Origin: Undibacterium sp.
GTDB taxonomy: Bacteria > Pseudomonadota > Gammaproteobacteria > Burkholderiales > Burkholderiaceae_D
Assembly (NCBI RefSeq): GCF_043770645.1
Contig: NZ_JAYVHZ010000202.1
Strand: one strand, 5' to 3'
Length of the DNA stretch: 53,329 bases
In this document: positions 38,010-47,487 of the stretch, in pieces
How the letters are laid out: every line of letters begins with the position of its first letter
Position numbering within the stretch: position 1 is the first letter of the stretch
Notes under the pieces: generated by a model
The model's database searches: none
Seen by the model: the letters and a program-made list of their open reading frames with translations, nothing else
Told to the model about the DNA's origin: nothing
Program-made: the position numbers and the translations under genes

Positions 38010-38477
38010 GGGCAGCATAAAATCAAAATAACTTTCCAAAGTACCGATTTTTGGTTTTGAATATACCAGCTTGCGCGAACGCCAGATGCACGAATTGCTA
38101 GAGGATAAATTGCAGATAGGAAATTTAAGTTGCTATTACTCAACGGAAATATTGTACATGGACTTTGAGATCACAATGCCACTTTAGACGCGATCAAACA
38201 ACGCATTTCCACGCACGCCACTAATAAATATGCACAATATCGCTGCAACCAACACCCCAAGACATCGCACCAACGACAGTATCGACTCGATCGACATCGT
38301 AGTTTTTTTGCTGCATGGAGCCAGCCTATCGCTGCGAGCGAACCGGTCACATAGCAGGCTGGTACTTTTTCCATGCAGAACGCATTCAAATACAAGCAGC
38401 ATCAAAATAGAAGTCCATCATCACCTCTAGGCAGATGCCGGACTTCCATGAAAACCGACGCTGGTTTTATTCCTTGT

Positions 38478-39215
38478 TCAATGAAAATCGAGTCGCTTAC
38501 GACCAAACCATGTAATCGAAAGAAATATAGTCGCTGCACTCACCGCTGTCGCCAAATACAGCGCTTTTTCCTTCATGTCCGATGAAGATCCAATATTGGC
38601 AACTAGGCCGTAATTCCACGGCGTATACACCCAATATGGTCCTTTTGAGATGATACCGGACGCGATGGTCGCGAAGAATCCAAACGTTAAGGGCACCGCG
38701 AAATTTTGAAAACGCCAACTCAAACTATGCTGAATCACGACGATCGTAATCGCACCCAACACTATTTTCGCAAAAAATATTACGTAGAACGTCGGTAAAT
38801 CCGTAACGCTGGTATATCCAAGCGCGCCGAGCAAATAGATGCACACTTGCGTCGCGATTAAGCATATCAGGTTTGCGGCAAGCATCAACATTAAGCCCAG
38901 CACTAACTTTGCAGCAAATAAACTGCGCGTACTAATCGGCTGAGTCAGCATCACGCGCCATGTCGCGTTCTTGTGATCGGTTCCGTTTAAAAGTGCCAGC
39001 ACCAACGCCAAATACAAGGGCTGCATCATTGCGCACCAAATCATCACAGTGCGGTCCCAATAACCAGTCAGCCAAGTGGGATCACCTAGCCCCTTTTTGG
39101 ACAGTAATGCGCCAATAAAAACGCCTAGAACCACCAACAAAGGACAAACGAAGGTCATCAAAAAAGCCATCGTACGCCGCGTCTTCAATATTTCAACACG
39201 AATTAAATTTAACAT
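38478..39215 (-). CDS. ABC-2 type permease (LanE/LanG-like)
   Basis: IRVEILKTRRT, DHKNATWRVMLTQP..LFAAKL, YTPW; six TM helices. Confidence 0.88.
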   Translation of the reverse strand: MLNLIRVEILKTRRTMAFLMTFVCPLLVVLGVFIGALLSKKGLGDPTWLTGYWDRTVMIWCAMMQPLYLALVLALLNGTDHKNATWRVMLTQPISTRSLFAAKLVLGLMLMLAANLICLIATQVCIYLLGALGYTSVTDLPTFYVIFFAKIVLGAITIVVIQHSLSWRFQNFAVPLTFGFFATIASGIISKGPYWVYTPWNYGLVANIGSSSDMKEKALYLATAVSAATIFLSITWFGRKRLDFH

Positions 39216-40135
39216 GGGGCATCCTCCAAGGTACGTCCAGCGAACCATTGTTCCAAAGACGGTTTTTTAAAAATAGCTTGTTGTAGTCCCACATTTGCCC
39301 GCACTAAACACGCATTGACCAGTATGGCCTGCTCGTGTGAAATATTGGAAACGCGTACTTGATGATCATTTATGAAGACGCTATCGAAAGCGTGGCTCTG
39401 TAACACCCGTTCAGCAAAACGTGCGTTATCGACATGCAAGTCAAGCGCGGTCGCTTGATTTGCATAAATTTCAGCGAGTGTTGATTGATGCTGCACGCGA
39501 CCGTTGCGCAGCAATGCCACATGTGTCGCAATTTTTTCAACTTCATCTAACTGATGGCTAGAGACGAACACAGTACATCCCGCCAGACTGGGTAAGCTCG
39601 CAATCAGGGTACGGAGTTCTAAAATGCCCGATGGGTCAAGACCGTTCGTAGGCTCATCTAAAATCAGGAGCTTAGGGCGGCCAATCAAGGCATTTCCCAA
39701 AGCAAGTCGCTTCTTCATACCGAGTGAAAAAGTAGCGATCAATTGCTTCTTCTCTGGACGCAAACCAACCACTTCTAACACTCTGTCGATCTCTTTGCTC
39801 GGAAGGTTTTGCAACAAACAAGGGATTTTTAAAAATTCTTGCGCAGTTAGATTTGCATACGCGCTGGGCGCATCAACAATACAACCCACCTCAGACAAAA
39901 TCGCAGTGCGCTCAGCATGAATATCGCGACCCAAAACGTGTATCGCGCCACTATCGACTTGCATCAAGCCGACGATCAAGCGAATCGCGGTCGATTTGCC
40001 CTCGCCGTTGTTGCCCAAAAACGCGTAGATACTTTTAGTCGGTACTTGAACATCTACGCCTTTAAGTACCTCATGTTTTCCAAACGATTTTTTCACGCCG
40101 CGCAAAACAATTGCGCAATCTTCCATGGTCTCCAT
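39209..40135 (-). CDS. ABC transporter ATP-binding protein (BcrA/LanF-like)
   Basis: GNNGEGKST, FSLGMKKRL, LILDEPTNGLDP, SSHQLDE. Confidence 0.93.
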   Translation of the reverse strand: METMEDCAIVLRGVKKSFGKHEVLKGVDVQVPTKSIYAFLGNNGEGKSTAIRLIVGLMQVDSGAIHVLGRDIHAERTAILSEVGCIVDAPSAYANLTAQEFLKIPCLLQNLPSKEIDRVLEVVGLRPEKKQLIATFSLGMKKRLALGNALIGRPKLLILDEPTNGLDPSGILELRTLIASLPSLAGCTVFVSSHQLDEVEKIATHVALLRNGRVQHQSTLAEIYANQATALDLHVDNARFAERVLQSHAFDSVFINDHQVRVSNISHEQAILVNACLVRANVGLQQAIFKKPSLEQWFAGRTLEDAPC

Positions 40136-40202
40136 CGTGATCTCCTCGGCTTGTAATAAGAATCAAAATCATACAAGTCGGAGTCGCGGGCGTCTCACCC
40201 TC

Positions 40203-40257
40203 TGAGATGAAGTGCTCTTTTTAGAGCATGAGTTCATCAATAAATCACATGAGCGTC
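40203..40257 (-). promoter_or_regulatory. Triple 21-bp-period direct repeat (LytTR-type site)
   Basis: ATGA cores at 40207, 40228 and 40249 (GATGAAGTG, CATGAGTTC, CATGAGCGT) upstream of the ABC operon. Confidence 0.65.
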
Positions 40258-40372
40258 GTCTTCACATGCACCAAAATAATCCGAGTTTTTTCTAACAATC
40301 CACCACAACAAAATTCGCACGTGAGCATTTTTTCACCAGAATCAAAATGCGACTCGTACTCATACGATTGGC

Positions 40373-41131
40373 TTACATACTCTTAAAACGCCACGCATAG
40401 GTTTGACTCACTTTTAGTTGCTCTGGGTGCCCTTTTAGTTCCACTAAAATATTACCCATTTCATCGCGACGTGCCTTGGCGATTGCCTGCGCGTTGACCA
40501 CCACACTTCTGTGGATTTGCCAAAATTGTTCTGGATCGATGCCTTTTTGCAGGTCTTTGATCGAAGTGCGGATATGTCCTTCATCGGTAGCGCTGACAAC
40601 CCGCGTGTAACGCAAATCGGATTCGAAAAAAAGTATCTCTTCTATCGGGAAAAGTTTGATAGTATTGCCAGAACTTGCGCTAATCCAACGTATCCTTTCT
40701 GTTTGTGTTGGCTCACGTAATCGTTTATCTAGCGCCGACATCACTTGTAATAGATCGGCCTGGGTGTTGCCCGCGGCGAGTTGCGCTTTTAGACGCACGA
40801 GCGTCTCTTTTAAACGATCCTCGGAAATCGGTTTGAGCAGATAATCGACTGCGCCTAGTTTGAATGCTTCGATAGCATGGTTATCATAAGCGGTAGTAAA
40901 TACGATGCGGCACTTGCCATCGCTGGCTCGGGCAACGTCTAAGCCCGTTAATTCTGGCATGCGAATGTCAAGGAAGGCGATATCAGGCTGGAAGCGCACG
41001 ATCGCTTCTAGTGCTTCACCACCATCTTCACAGTCAGCAATGATAGTGAGCTCAGGCCAGATTGTAGTGAGCATGCGGCGTAAATCGGTACGTTGTAAAT
41101 CTTCGTCATCGGCGATCACTGCGGTAACCAT
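40373..41131 (-). CDS. LytTR family response regulator
   Basis: IADDE, FLDIRMP, FTTAYD..A..AF, DYLLKP, FWQIHRSVVVN and LKVSQTY. Confidence 0.95.
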   Translation of the reverse strand: MVTAVIADDEDLQRTDLRRMLTTIWPELTIIADCEDGGEALEAIVRFQPDIAFLDIRMPELTGLDVARASDGKCRIVFTTAYDNHAIEAFKLGAVDYLLKPISEDRLKETLVRLKAQLAAGNTQADLLQVMSALDKRLREPTQTERIRWISASSGNTIKLFPIEEILFFESDLRYTRVVSATDEGHIRTSIKDLQKGIDPEQFWQIHRSVVVNAQAIAKARRDEMGNILVELKGHPEQLKVSQTYAWRFKSM

Positions 41132-41158
41132 ATAGGCTCCTTTTGCTTAACTTAAATT

Positions 41159-42493
41159 TCAATTAGATTTACTATCGTCGCCGAGGCTATTCATTGGCAA
41201 ATAGATTGAGGCCTCAACACCGCCGTCTTCTCCTGCCGATAAACTGAGTGCTGCATCGTCATCGTAGAGTTGTTTTAAACGTTCGCGAATATTGCTTAAA
41301 CCTATACCGCTCCCAGACGTGTTGCCACCAAATCCAACGCCATTGTCTTTCACGCAGAGTTGAAGTTTTTCTTGACCAGCGACAGTGGTTTTTTTCGCGG
41401 TAACCTCAATTTTTACGGCGCCTTTTTTTGGCTCAATGCCATGCTTAACTGCATTTTCAACCAATGAAATCAGCATCAGCGGTGGTATGGGTAGCGCTAG
41501 TAAATCCGAACTACATTCTACTTCGAAACTCAAACGCGGCATACGCACATGAATCACGCCGAGGTAGGCGCGTACTGAATCGAATTGATTTCCAAGGCTA
41601 CTTTGGGTAGAACTACCGTCGCTGCGCATTTGTGGAATAGTCGAGCGCAAGTAGTCGACTAGATGATCGATGATTGCCACACCTCGTGCTGGGTCGCTGA
41701 GCATGGCTGCACGTACGCCGGAGAGCGTGTTAAAAAGAAAGTGCGGCTCCACTTGGCTGGCCAAGACAGAAAGCCGCATCTCGGCTTGGTTTCTCTCTCT
41801 CTTGTAACGTTCAATTTTTTCTTCCATGAGTGCCTCCTCTAATGCCTTTCCCTGGCGAAAATACGCACGTAAATCAAAAACGCCAACTAACCATAGCGTT
41901 AATAATAGCCAGACCGAGCCATTGACGATTCTTTGGGTTGTTTTACTGGTCGCAGAAAGATGTATGCCTCTCTCTGAGGAATTTTTGTCCGTATTTTCTG
42001 CTTCTTTACCAGCATTTTTAGGTGCAGATTTTTTTGCAACTTCTGTCACGTCGTTTTCTTTTGATGCCGATATTTTGTCGCCATAGTTATTACTGATTAA
42101 TATCGCGCCTGCTGAGATCGACATGGCAATTGCCAGTGATACGATGATGCTGATGGATTCTTTTTTTGCAGACCATGAGTGAAGTTTCCCATAGCTACGG
42201 GCTTTGACTGCTAACCAACGCCCCAGTAGTACCGAATTCACAAAGGAAAACCACAAGAAGAAAAACGAAAGATAGGCATTTATGTTCATGATTTCGTTCG
42301 GCCCTACGAAGCTGATGAGCATCAAAAACATGCTGAGCAAGACCAAGGGAATGATGAAACCGCGTATCCTGTAAGAAAACCAGGTCGGACTGAAAATGGG
42401 ATAGTGCAAGGCTTTGCTTGACCAACTCCCCATTTTCCCCACTAAGCTGAAAGGGACTTGCTGGTCGGGAGGCATGGGCGTTTGTTCGGGCAT
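41159..42493 (-). CDS. LytS/YehU-type sensor histidine kinase
   Basis: About four TM helices, SQVEPHFLFNTL, LVENAVKHGIEP, DNGVG and GIGLSNIRERL. Confidence 0.93.
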   Translation of the reverse strand: MPEQTPMPPDQQVPFSLVGKMGSWSSKALHYPIFSPTWFSYRIRGFIIPLVLLSMFLMLISFVGPNEIMNINAYLSFFFLWFSFVNSVLLGRWLAVKARSYGKLHSWSAKKESISIIVSLAIAMSISAGAILISNNYGDKISASKENDVTEVAKKSAPKNAGKEAENTDKNSSERGIHLSATSKTTQRIVNGSVWLLLTLWLVGVFDLRAYFRQGKALEEALMEEKIERYKRERNQAEMRLSVLASQVEPHFLFNTLSGVRAAMLSDPARGVAIIDHLVDYLRSTIPQMRSDGSSTQSSLGNQFDSVRAYLGVIHVRMPRLSFEVECSSDLLALPIPPLMLISLVENAVKHGIEPKKGAVKIEVTAKKTTVAGQEKLQLCVKDNGVGFGGNTSGSGIGLSNIRERLKQLYDDDAALSLSAGEDGGVEASIYLPMNSLGDDSKSN

Positions 42494-42720
42494 GAAAATA
42501 TCCAGAGGAAGGTAGGGATTAGCAACATCATATTCCTAGAAATGTACGTCGATAAAGCGTTTTTTGTTTTTCTTGATCGGACAGATTCAAGATAGAGGAA
42601 AAACTCCGCCGGGTGAGCATGAGCATGGGCAAACACACGCACAAGTACATCCGGGCATCGCGACAGGTGACTATTGGCTTGAATAATCCAGTTTCACTCA
42701 AGCCATGTTGTCGGTAGCAT

Positions 42721-44157
42721 TTACTGTTGACGTATCCAATCGGAGATCGTGTTCAGTGCCAGTGGTGCAATGGTCTCCTCTATCTTGCTATATTCACTAG
42801 GCGAACCAGTGGTGGCGGTCTGAAAAATATGATTGAGCTTCGGTAGCTCGCGTATCACGGCCTTCTTGTTATGCTTAAGCGCATCCCGCAATCCTGCTAA
42901 ATTGGATTTGGCAGCAACTTGTAAATCTAATTCGCCATTCAACGCTAACACCGCTTGATTCACTTTCTTTAGTGTTGGTGCCGGATCGTATTTGATAAAG
43001 CTACGGAACCAAGAATTGCTTAACGTGGCCACCTGCCTCTTTGCGACATCCGCGGGCATGTCCCCCTTAGCAACGATTTGATCGAAAAGAGCGGTGAGAT
43101 GCGTGGTGATGGTGTTGTCGTCATTCCCCGAATTCATGACTGTATAGGCTTTCTCCAAAAACACCTCATTCTCTGCAATATCCTCTTTGCTTTGCCCATT
43201 TGCTGCAGAAATCAAGCGACTTTGTTCTAGCATTAAAGACTTGATCGCAATTGCTGGTCCTCCCATCAAGACGATAAATTTAACTTGAGGGTCGCGCGCT
43301 GCAACGATCGGGGCGATCAGGCCGCCTTCAGAGTGGCCAATAATACCGATTTTTTTATGATCAACATCGTTACGGGCTCTGAGGTAAGCGATCGCGGCCT
43401 CCGTATCCTCAGCGAAATCAAAAGTTGTCGCCGCTTTATAGTCGCCTTTAGACGCGGCAACGCCACGTTTGTCATAGCGCAAAACTGCGATGCCTTGCTT
43501 GGTTAAATGGTCAGCCAGAACCAGGAAAACCTTATGCTTGTGCAGATCTTCATTCCTGTCGAGCGGGCCAGAACCATGCACTAACACCACGGTCGGGAAT
43601 GGCCCCGTTCCCTTTGGTATCGTTATGGTGCCAGCAAGTTCAATCTGTGCCTTGGCATTGGTAAAGCGCACTTCGCTACTACTGTAATTGGGCGTAGCTT
43701 TTTCGATAGACTCTTGCTGTGGACGCTTCTGCACTAGCGCAGCTAATGCTTTAGTATCAACGATACGCTGTGCTGGCGGCATACTCTTGCCATTTTGTGA
43801 AATATTGAAGCTGCTCGCCATTCCATCTGCACCGAGAACGAAATTGATCTTGATGTCGGCAATTTTGGCGTAGAACGATGTGGCGGAATCGGCAAATATT
43901 TCAAAACTTTGCTGGCCAGGTGTTTGCGTCAGAAATTTTCCGTCTTTTTGGAAAATCGTAATGACAAAACCTGGTGCCTGATACTGCCCCTCAAATTTTT
44001 TAAATTGCTCTGAGGTGACTGTGATCGCCTTATTTTCTGTGGTCTGCGTTGCTGGCACGGTTTGTTGTGCATGTGGCGCTGCGGTAGCCTGATGGCTAAG
44101 GCTAGTGATTAAGGTGAAAATAATGGTGGACGTAGAGATAACGGCTAATCTTTTCAT
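42721..44157 (-). CDS. Secreted alpha/beta hydrolase with N-terminal DUF3471-like domain
   Basis: Signal peptide; FEGQY..TIFQKDGKF..F segment; HGSGPLDR, LRYDKRG, GHSEGG nucleophile, DLQV and LNHIFQ. Confidence 0.9.
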   Translation of the reverse strand: MKRLAVISTSTIIFTLITSLSHQATAAPHAQQTVPATQTTENKAITVTSEQFKKFEGQYQAPGFVITIFQKDGKFLTQTPGQQSFEIFADSATSFYAKIADIKINFVLGADGMASSFNISQNGKSMPPAQRIVDTKALAALVQKRPQQESIEKATPNYSSSEVRFTNAKAQIELAGTITIPKGTGPFPTVVLVHGSGPLDRNEDLHKHKVFLVLADHLTKQGIAVLRYDKRGVAASKGDYKAATTFDFAEDTEAAIAYLRARNDVDHKKIGIIGHSEGGLIAPIVAARDPQVKFIVLMGGPAIAIKSLMLEQSRLISAANGQSKEDIAENEVFLEKAYTVMNSGNDDNTITTHLTALFDQIVAKGDMPADVAKRQVATLSNSWFRSFIKYDPAPTLKKVNQAVLALNGELDLQVAAKSNLAGLRDALKHNKKAVIRELPKLNHIFQTATTGSPSEYSKIEETIAPLALNTISDWIRQQ

Positions 44158-44248
44158 AATAGACTCCAAATGACTGTTCGTTGACGAGTGGCTGTCTTGA
44201 TACACAGCATGTGGACACTATAGCGACGATCAAAGTGGTTCAGAATAT

Positions 44249-44303
44249 ATGCGGTGAATTACGATTTTCGCGACATGAATTCGGTGTTTGGCGACACGAG
44301 TTC
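44249..44303 (-). promoter_or_regulatory. Triple 21-bp-period direct repeat (LytTR-type site)
   Basis: GTGAATT (44254), ATGAATT (44275), ACGAGTT (44296); GCGACATGAATTC and GCGACACGAGTTC lie exactly 21 bp apart. Confidence 0.7.
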
Positions 44304-44318
44304 TTAAAACTAATGGGT

Positions 44319-45923
44319 TTAAAGATCCAAGGTAATCGACGCCGTATGCGCACGGGAGACACATACGCACATCAAATTATTTTGTCGTTGTTTGGCATTG
44401 AGCGCATGGTCGCGATGTTCGACTTCGCCGTCCAACACTTTGACCGCACAGGTACCACAATTGCCCACGCCGCAATCGGAGAGCGTATCAACGCCAGCGT
44501 CGTTTAAAGCCTGCAAGACGGTTTGCTTGGCTTGAATCGGTATGACTTTATTCGAGCGTTTAAGTACGACATTAAAGGGACGATTCTCAGTGGTTTTTGT
44601 GGCGGAAAAATGTTCGTAATGGACCTGCTCCTCGTCAAAGCCGTAGCGTTTCGCTGCCTCCATCACCGCATCAATCAGACGACTCGGGCCGCATACATAG
44701 ATGTCGCTGTCTTTGTTGGCATTTTGAAGTAATTCATCGATGGCGAGACGTTGCCCTTGATCCGAAAAATAGTAATGCAATCGTGTGCCCAAGTCGCGGC
44801 GCAAGCGATCTCCGAACGCCATGTCGCGTTGTGATGCTGCCGCATAGTGCATCTCGAATGCTTTGCCGCTTGCCGCTAAAGTTTGCGCCATGGGTTTAAT
44901 GGCAGTGATACCGATACCGCCAGCGATCAAGAGAGCGGGTCGGGCGTTGCTGGATAAACGGAAGTCATTCTTTGGTAGCTCACAATGCAGCAGGCTTCCC
45001 AATTGATAGTGTTGATGTACAAAGACGGAGCCGCCTTCGCCTTGGTCTTCGCGTAGCACCGCGATTTCGTAAATATCGCGCCGCGCCGGATTCGATGCGA
45101 TTGAGTAATGACGCACGGCAGCCTGCCCATTGCTTAAGATGACGGGAAGCTTAAGGTGTGCTCCAGCCTCGACTTTGGGTAAGTCAGCACCTTGTGGATC
45201 ACGCAATTCAATCGCGCGAGTTTTTGGTGTTAATTGGCGGATGCCGCTGACGACTAGGCTCAAGGGGCCGTTGCCAAGACCAGCAGCGGGCACGGCCGGC
45301 GTGTTCGCTGTTTTTGTTTCATCACTGGTTTTTTGCATTTGCTTGAGCGTGGCGATTTCCGCTTGCATGGGTGCCAGCAAGAGTTCAATGTCGCGGTCGG
45401 TATAGCGCGGCGTGATGTGTTGCGGACAGTTCCAATCCCAAGCCTCGACCGTGATGATGAAAGCACGTTCAATGCGAGCGCGATAGGCTGGCATTTCTAA
45501 GCGGGCGATGAGTTCGGGTGCTTCATGTTCGTGAACGATTTTGACGCGGCCCCAAATCTTGATGCGTCTTTGTTCGCGATAGTCCATCAAGATCATGGCG
45601 ATGCGGTCGTTCGCTTGTAAATTGCCCACACTCAGATATTGACGATTGCCGCTAAAGTCGGCAAAACCTATGGTGTTTTTATCCAAGACTTTGAGAAAAC
45701 CAATGGGACCACCACGATGCTGTACGTATGGCCAGCCATCCTCATTCACAGTCGCTTGGTAAAAACTGTCACGTGCTTCGATAAATTCCGCTTCACGCAG
45801 TGTCAGATCACTGCGTGTGTCGTCTGCTAACTCGAAGCCCATATTCGCCTCACGGCTGTGGTAACGGGTTTGCGCAGCTTTGACGCTAGGCGTGAAATTG
45901 ATGGCGGCGAATGCACGTGGCAT
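44319..45923 (-). CDS. Pyridoxamine 5'-phosphate oxidase-like domain fused to a PDR/VanB-type flavin-NAD-[2Fe-2S] reductase
   Basis: GWPYVQHRGGP, FADFSGNRQY, DWNCPQHITPR; then RHYSI, GGS, AGGIGIT, YVCGP and CGVGNCGTC..CVCVS. Confidence 0.92.
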   Translation of the reverse strand: MPRAFAAINFTPSVKAAQTRYHSREANMGFELADDTRSDLTLREAEFIEARDSFYQATVNEDGWPYVQHRGGPIGFLKVLDKNTIGFADFSGNRQYLSVGNLQANDRIAMILMDYREQRRIKIWGRVKIVHEHEAPELIARLEMPAYRARIERAFIITVEAWDWNCPQHITPRYTDRDIELLLAPMQAEIATLKQMQKTSDETKTANTPAVPAAGLGNGPLSLVVSGIRQLTPKTRAIELRDPQGADLPKVEAGAHLKLPVILSNGQAAVRHYSIASNPARRDIYEIAVLREDQGEGGSVFVHQHYQLGSLLHCELPKNDFRLSSNARPALLIAGGIGITAIKPMAQTLAASGKAFEMHYAAASQRDMAFGDRLRRDLGTRLHYYFSDQGQRLAIDELLQNANKDSDIYVCGPSRLIDAVMEAAKRYGFDEEQVHYEHFSATKTTENRPFNVVLKRSNKVIPIQAKQTVLQALNDAGVDTLSDCGVGNCGTCAVKVLDGEVEHRDHALNAKQRQNNLMCVCVSRAHTASITLDL

Positions 45924-45991
45924 GGTGTTCTCCAAGATGTTGGATTGCGTAAAAGGATCTTACAGCTGTGATGGGTTTGTGGTTCAGATCG

Positions 45992-46465
45992 TTATATCAA
46001 ATGCTTAGTCTTGCGCCGACCCCAATAGTGATCAACTTGAAATAAATTAGCCGGCGAGCAGGCAATCAACATCAGCATCAAGCCCCATTCCATATGATCT
46101 TGGAGTGCAGCAGGGATGTCTTGCAACACACTGTAGTAGGCGACCACGGCGACAATGTTAACGGCCAAGAGACCAAGCGCAGCAAGTTGTTTGAACAACC
46201 CCAAGACCAAGAGCACGGGTAGAAGTAACTCAGCACCAGTCGCCGCATAAGCAGCGACTTCAGGCGACAGTAGAGGCACATGATATTCGTCGGTGAACAA
46301 GGAAACGGTCATTTCCCAATCGCGTAATTTACTCAATCCGGACATCAAGAAAATTTTAGCCACATAAAGCCGCAACAGCAGATCCGTCAATGGCAACAAG
46401 ATCTGCAAACCTTGCTGCGCATGAACAATGGGTTTTAGCAATGAGATGCTTGGCTTGGTTTGCAT
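45992..46465 (-). CDS. DoxX family membrane protein
   Basis: LLRLYVAKIFLMSGLSK, LFTDEYHVP, ELLLPVLLVLGL and HMEWG. Confidence 0.9.
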   Translation of the reverse strand: MQTKPSISLLKPIVHAQQGLQILLPLTDLLLRLYVAKIFLMSGLSKLRDWEMTVSLFTDEYHVPLLSPEVAAYAATGAELLLPVLLVLGLFKQLAALGLLAVNIVAVVAYYSVLQDIPAALQDHMEWGLMLMLIACSPANLFQVDHYWGRRKTKHLI

Positions 46466-46466
46466 A

Positions 46467-46739
46467 TTAGCTGCTCTTTCCGGCAACGCCATGTAATAGC
46501 TGATCGAGCTGCCCTGTTTGTTCTAATTGGTGCAAATCGCTAAAGCCGCCCACATGCAAATCATCAATAAAGATCTGTGGCACGGTTCTCCGGCCAGTGC
46601 GAGCAATCATTTGTTCGAGCTCTTGTGGCAGTTGATCGATCATCACTTTATTGACCTCGACGCCTTTACGATCCAAGAGTAACTGTGCTTGGACGCAATA
46701 AGGGCAGGTGCCAGTGCTGTACATGGTGATTTCAGGCAT
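46467..46739 (-). CDS. grxC: Glutaredoxin 3
   Basis: CPYC active site and TGRRTVPQIFIDDLHVGG. Confidence 0.9.
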   Translation of the reverse strand: MPEITMYSTGTCPYCVQAQLLLDRKGVEVNKVMIDQLPQELEQMIARTGRRTVPQIFIDDLHVGGFSDLHQLEQTGQLDQLLHGVAGKSS

Positions 46740-46853
46740 GGTGTTCTCTCTTTCGTTTAGATAGTTGTGCTTTAATTGACAAGCTTTAATTGATTAAGAT
46801 GAGCGATCTGATCTCGATATAGATTGGATGAGATCAAATCGCTTAAGTGTGAT

Positions 46854-46889
46854 TCGATTACAGACTCAATTACAGACTCAATTACAGAT
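46854..46889. repeat. 12-bp tandem repeat, 3 copies
   Basis: TCGATTACAGAC TCAATTACAGAC TCAATTACAGAT, overlapping the YHS gene stop. Confidence 0.85.
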
Positions 46890-47385
46890 CTTTCGGGGCT
46901 TTGGTTTTGATCGATGGCCAAGCTTGGCCGGCTTTGACGATATGACCAGGCACATCTTCTAACCATTTTTTCTGAATGTCTTTATTGACGTTTAAATACA
47001 GTTTGCCATCGACTACGCGCCAGGCTTGCGGATCACCGTCGAGTTTCTTTTCCAAGACCACGCCCATGGCGCAGAAGCCACCAAATTGCGGTGCGTACTG
47101 TGCTGGATGTGCTTTAAATTTTTCCAAATTGTCTTTAGATGCAAAGCGGTAGGTCGCGCCTTCGAATGTATGCGTGTATGCGGCCTTGCCTAAAGTTGGT
47201 GCCTTCACGGTGAAGTAAGCAACTGGATCGTAGCCGTGCAAAGCCACACCTTGGGTATCAAGATTGACAGCAGCAGTTGAGTTTTGATCTTGTGCTTGTG
47301 CAGTCAGCGGTGTGCCAACAGAAATTGCAAATGCTGCCAATAAAGTGGAAGCCAAGATAGTGCGACGTAAAGTTGAGTGAAACAT
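46882..47385 (-). CDS. Secreted YHS domain-containing protein (Cys form)
   Basis: Signal peptide, GYDPVAYF, YRFASKDN..F..P..YAPQFGGFCAMG and VDGKLYLN. Confidence 0.9.
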   Translation of the reverse strand: MFHSTLRRTILASTLLAAFAISVGTPLTAQAQDQNSTAAVNLDTQGVALHGYDPVAYFTVKAPTLGKAAYTHTFEGATYRFASKDNLEKFKAHPAQYAPQFGGFCAMGVVLEKKLDGDPQAWRVVDGKLYLNVNKDIQKKWLEDVPGHIVKAGQAWPSIKTKAPKDL

Positions 47386-47451
47386 GATGTATTCCTTTTA
47401 AATGATGAAAGTGTGAAGTGCTTTTATGCTGCCTGAATGCTTTGCTTAGTT

Positions 47452-47480
47452 GTGCTCAATGAAAAATCTTCATTGAGCAC
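47452..47480. other. Intra-operon hairpin
   Basis: 12-bp perfect stem GTGCTCAATGAA/TTCATTGAGCAC directly after the AhpD-like gene. Confidence 0.7.
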
Positions 47481-47487
47481 TGGACGA

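Noticed and set aside
38171-38430. Small ORFs downstream of the ABC permease as a peptide precursor
   Set aside because: Overlapping frames with weak starts and no leader motif; may be a decayed membrane gene but cannot be supported.
46882-47385. Selenoprotein form of the YHS protein
   Set aside because: The site is encoded as Cys (GGFCAMG); there is no in-frame TGA.
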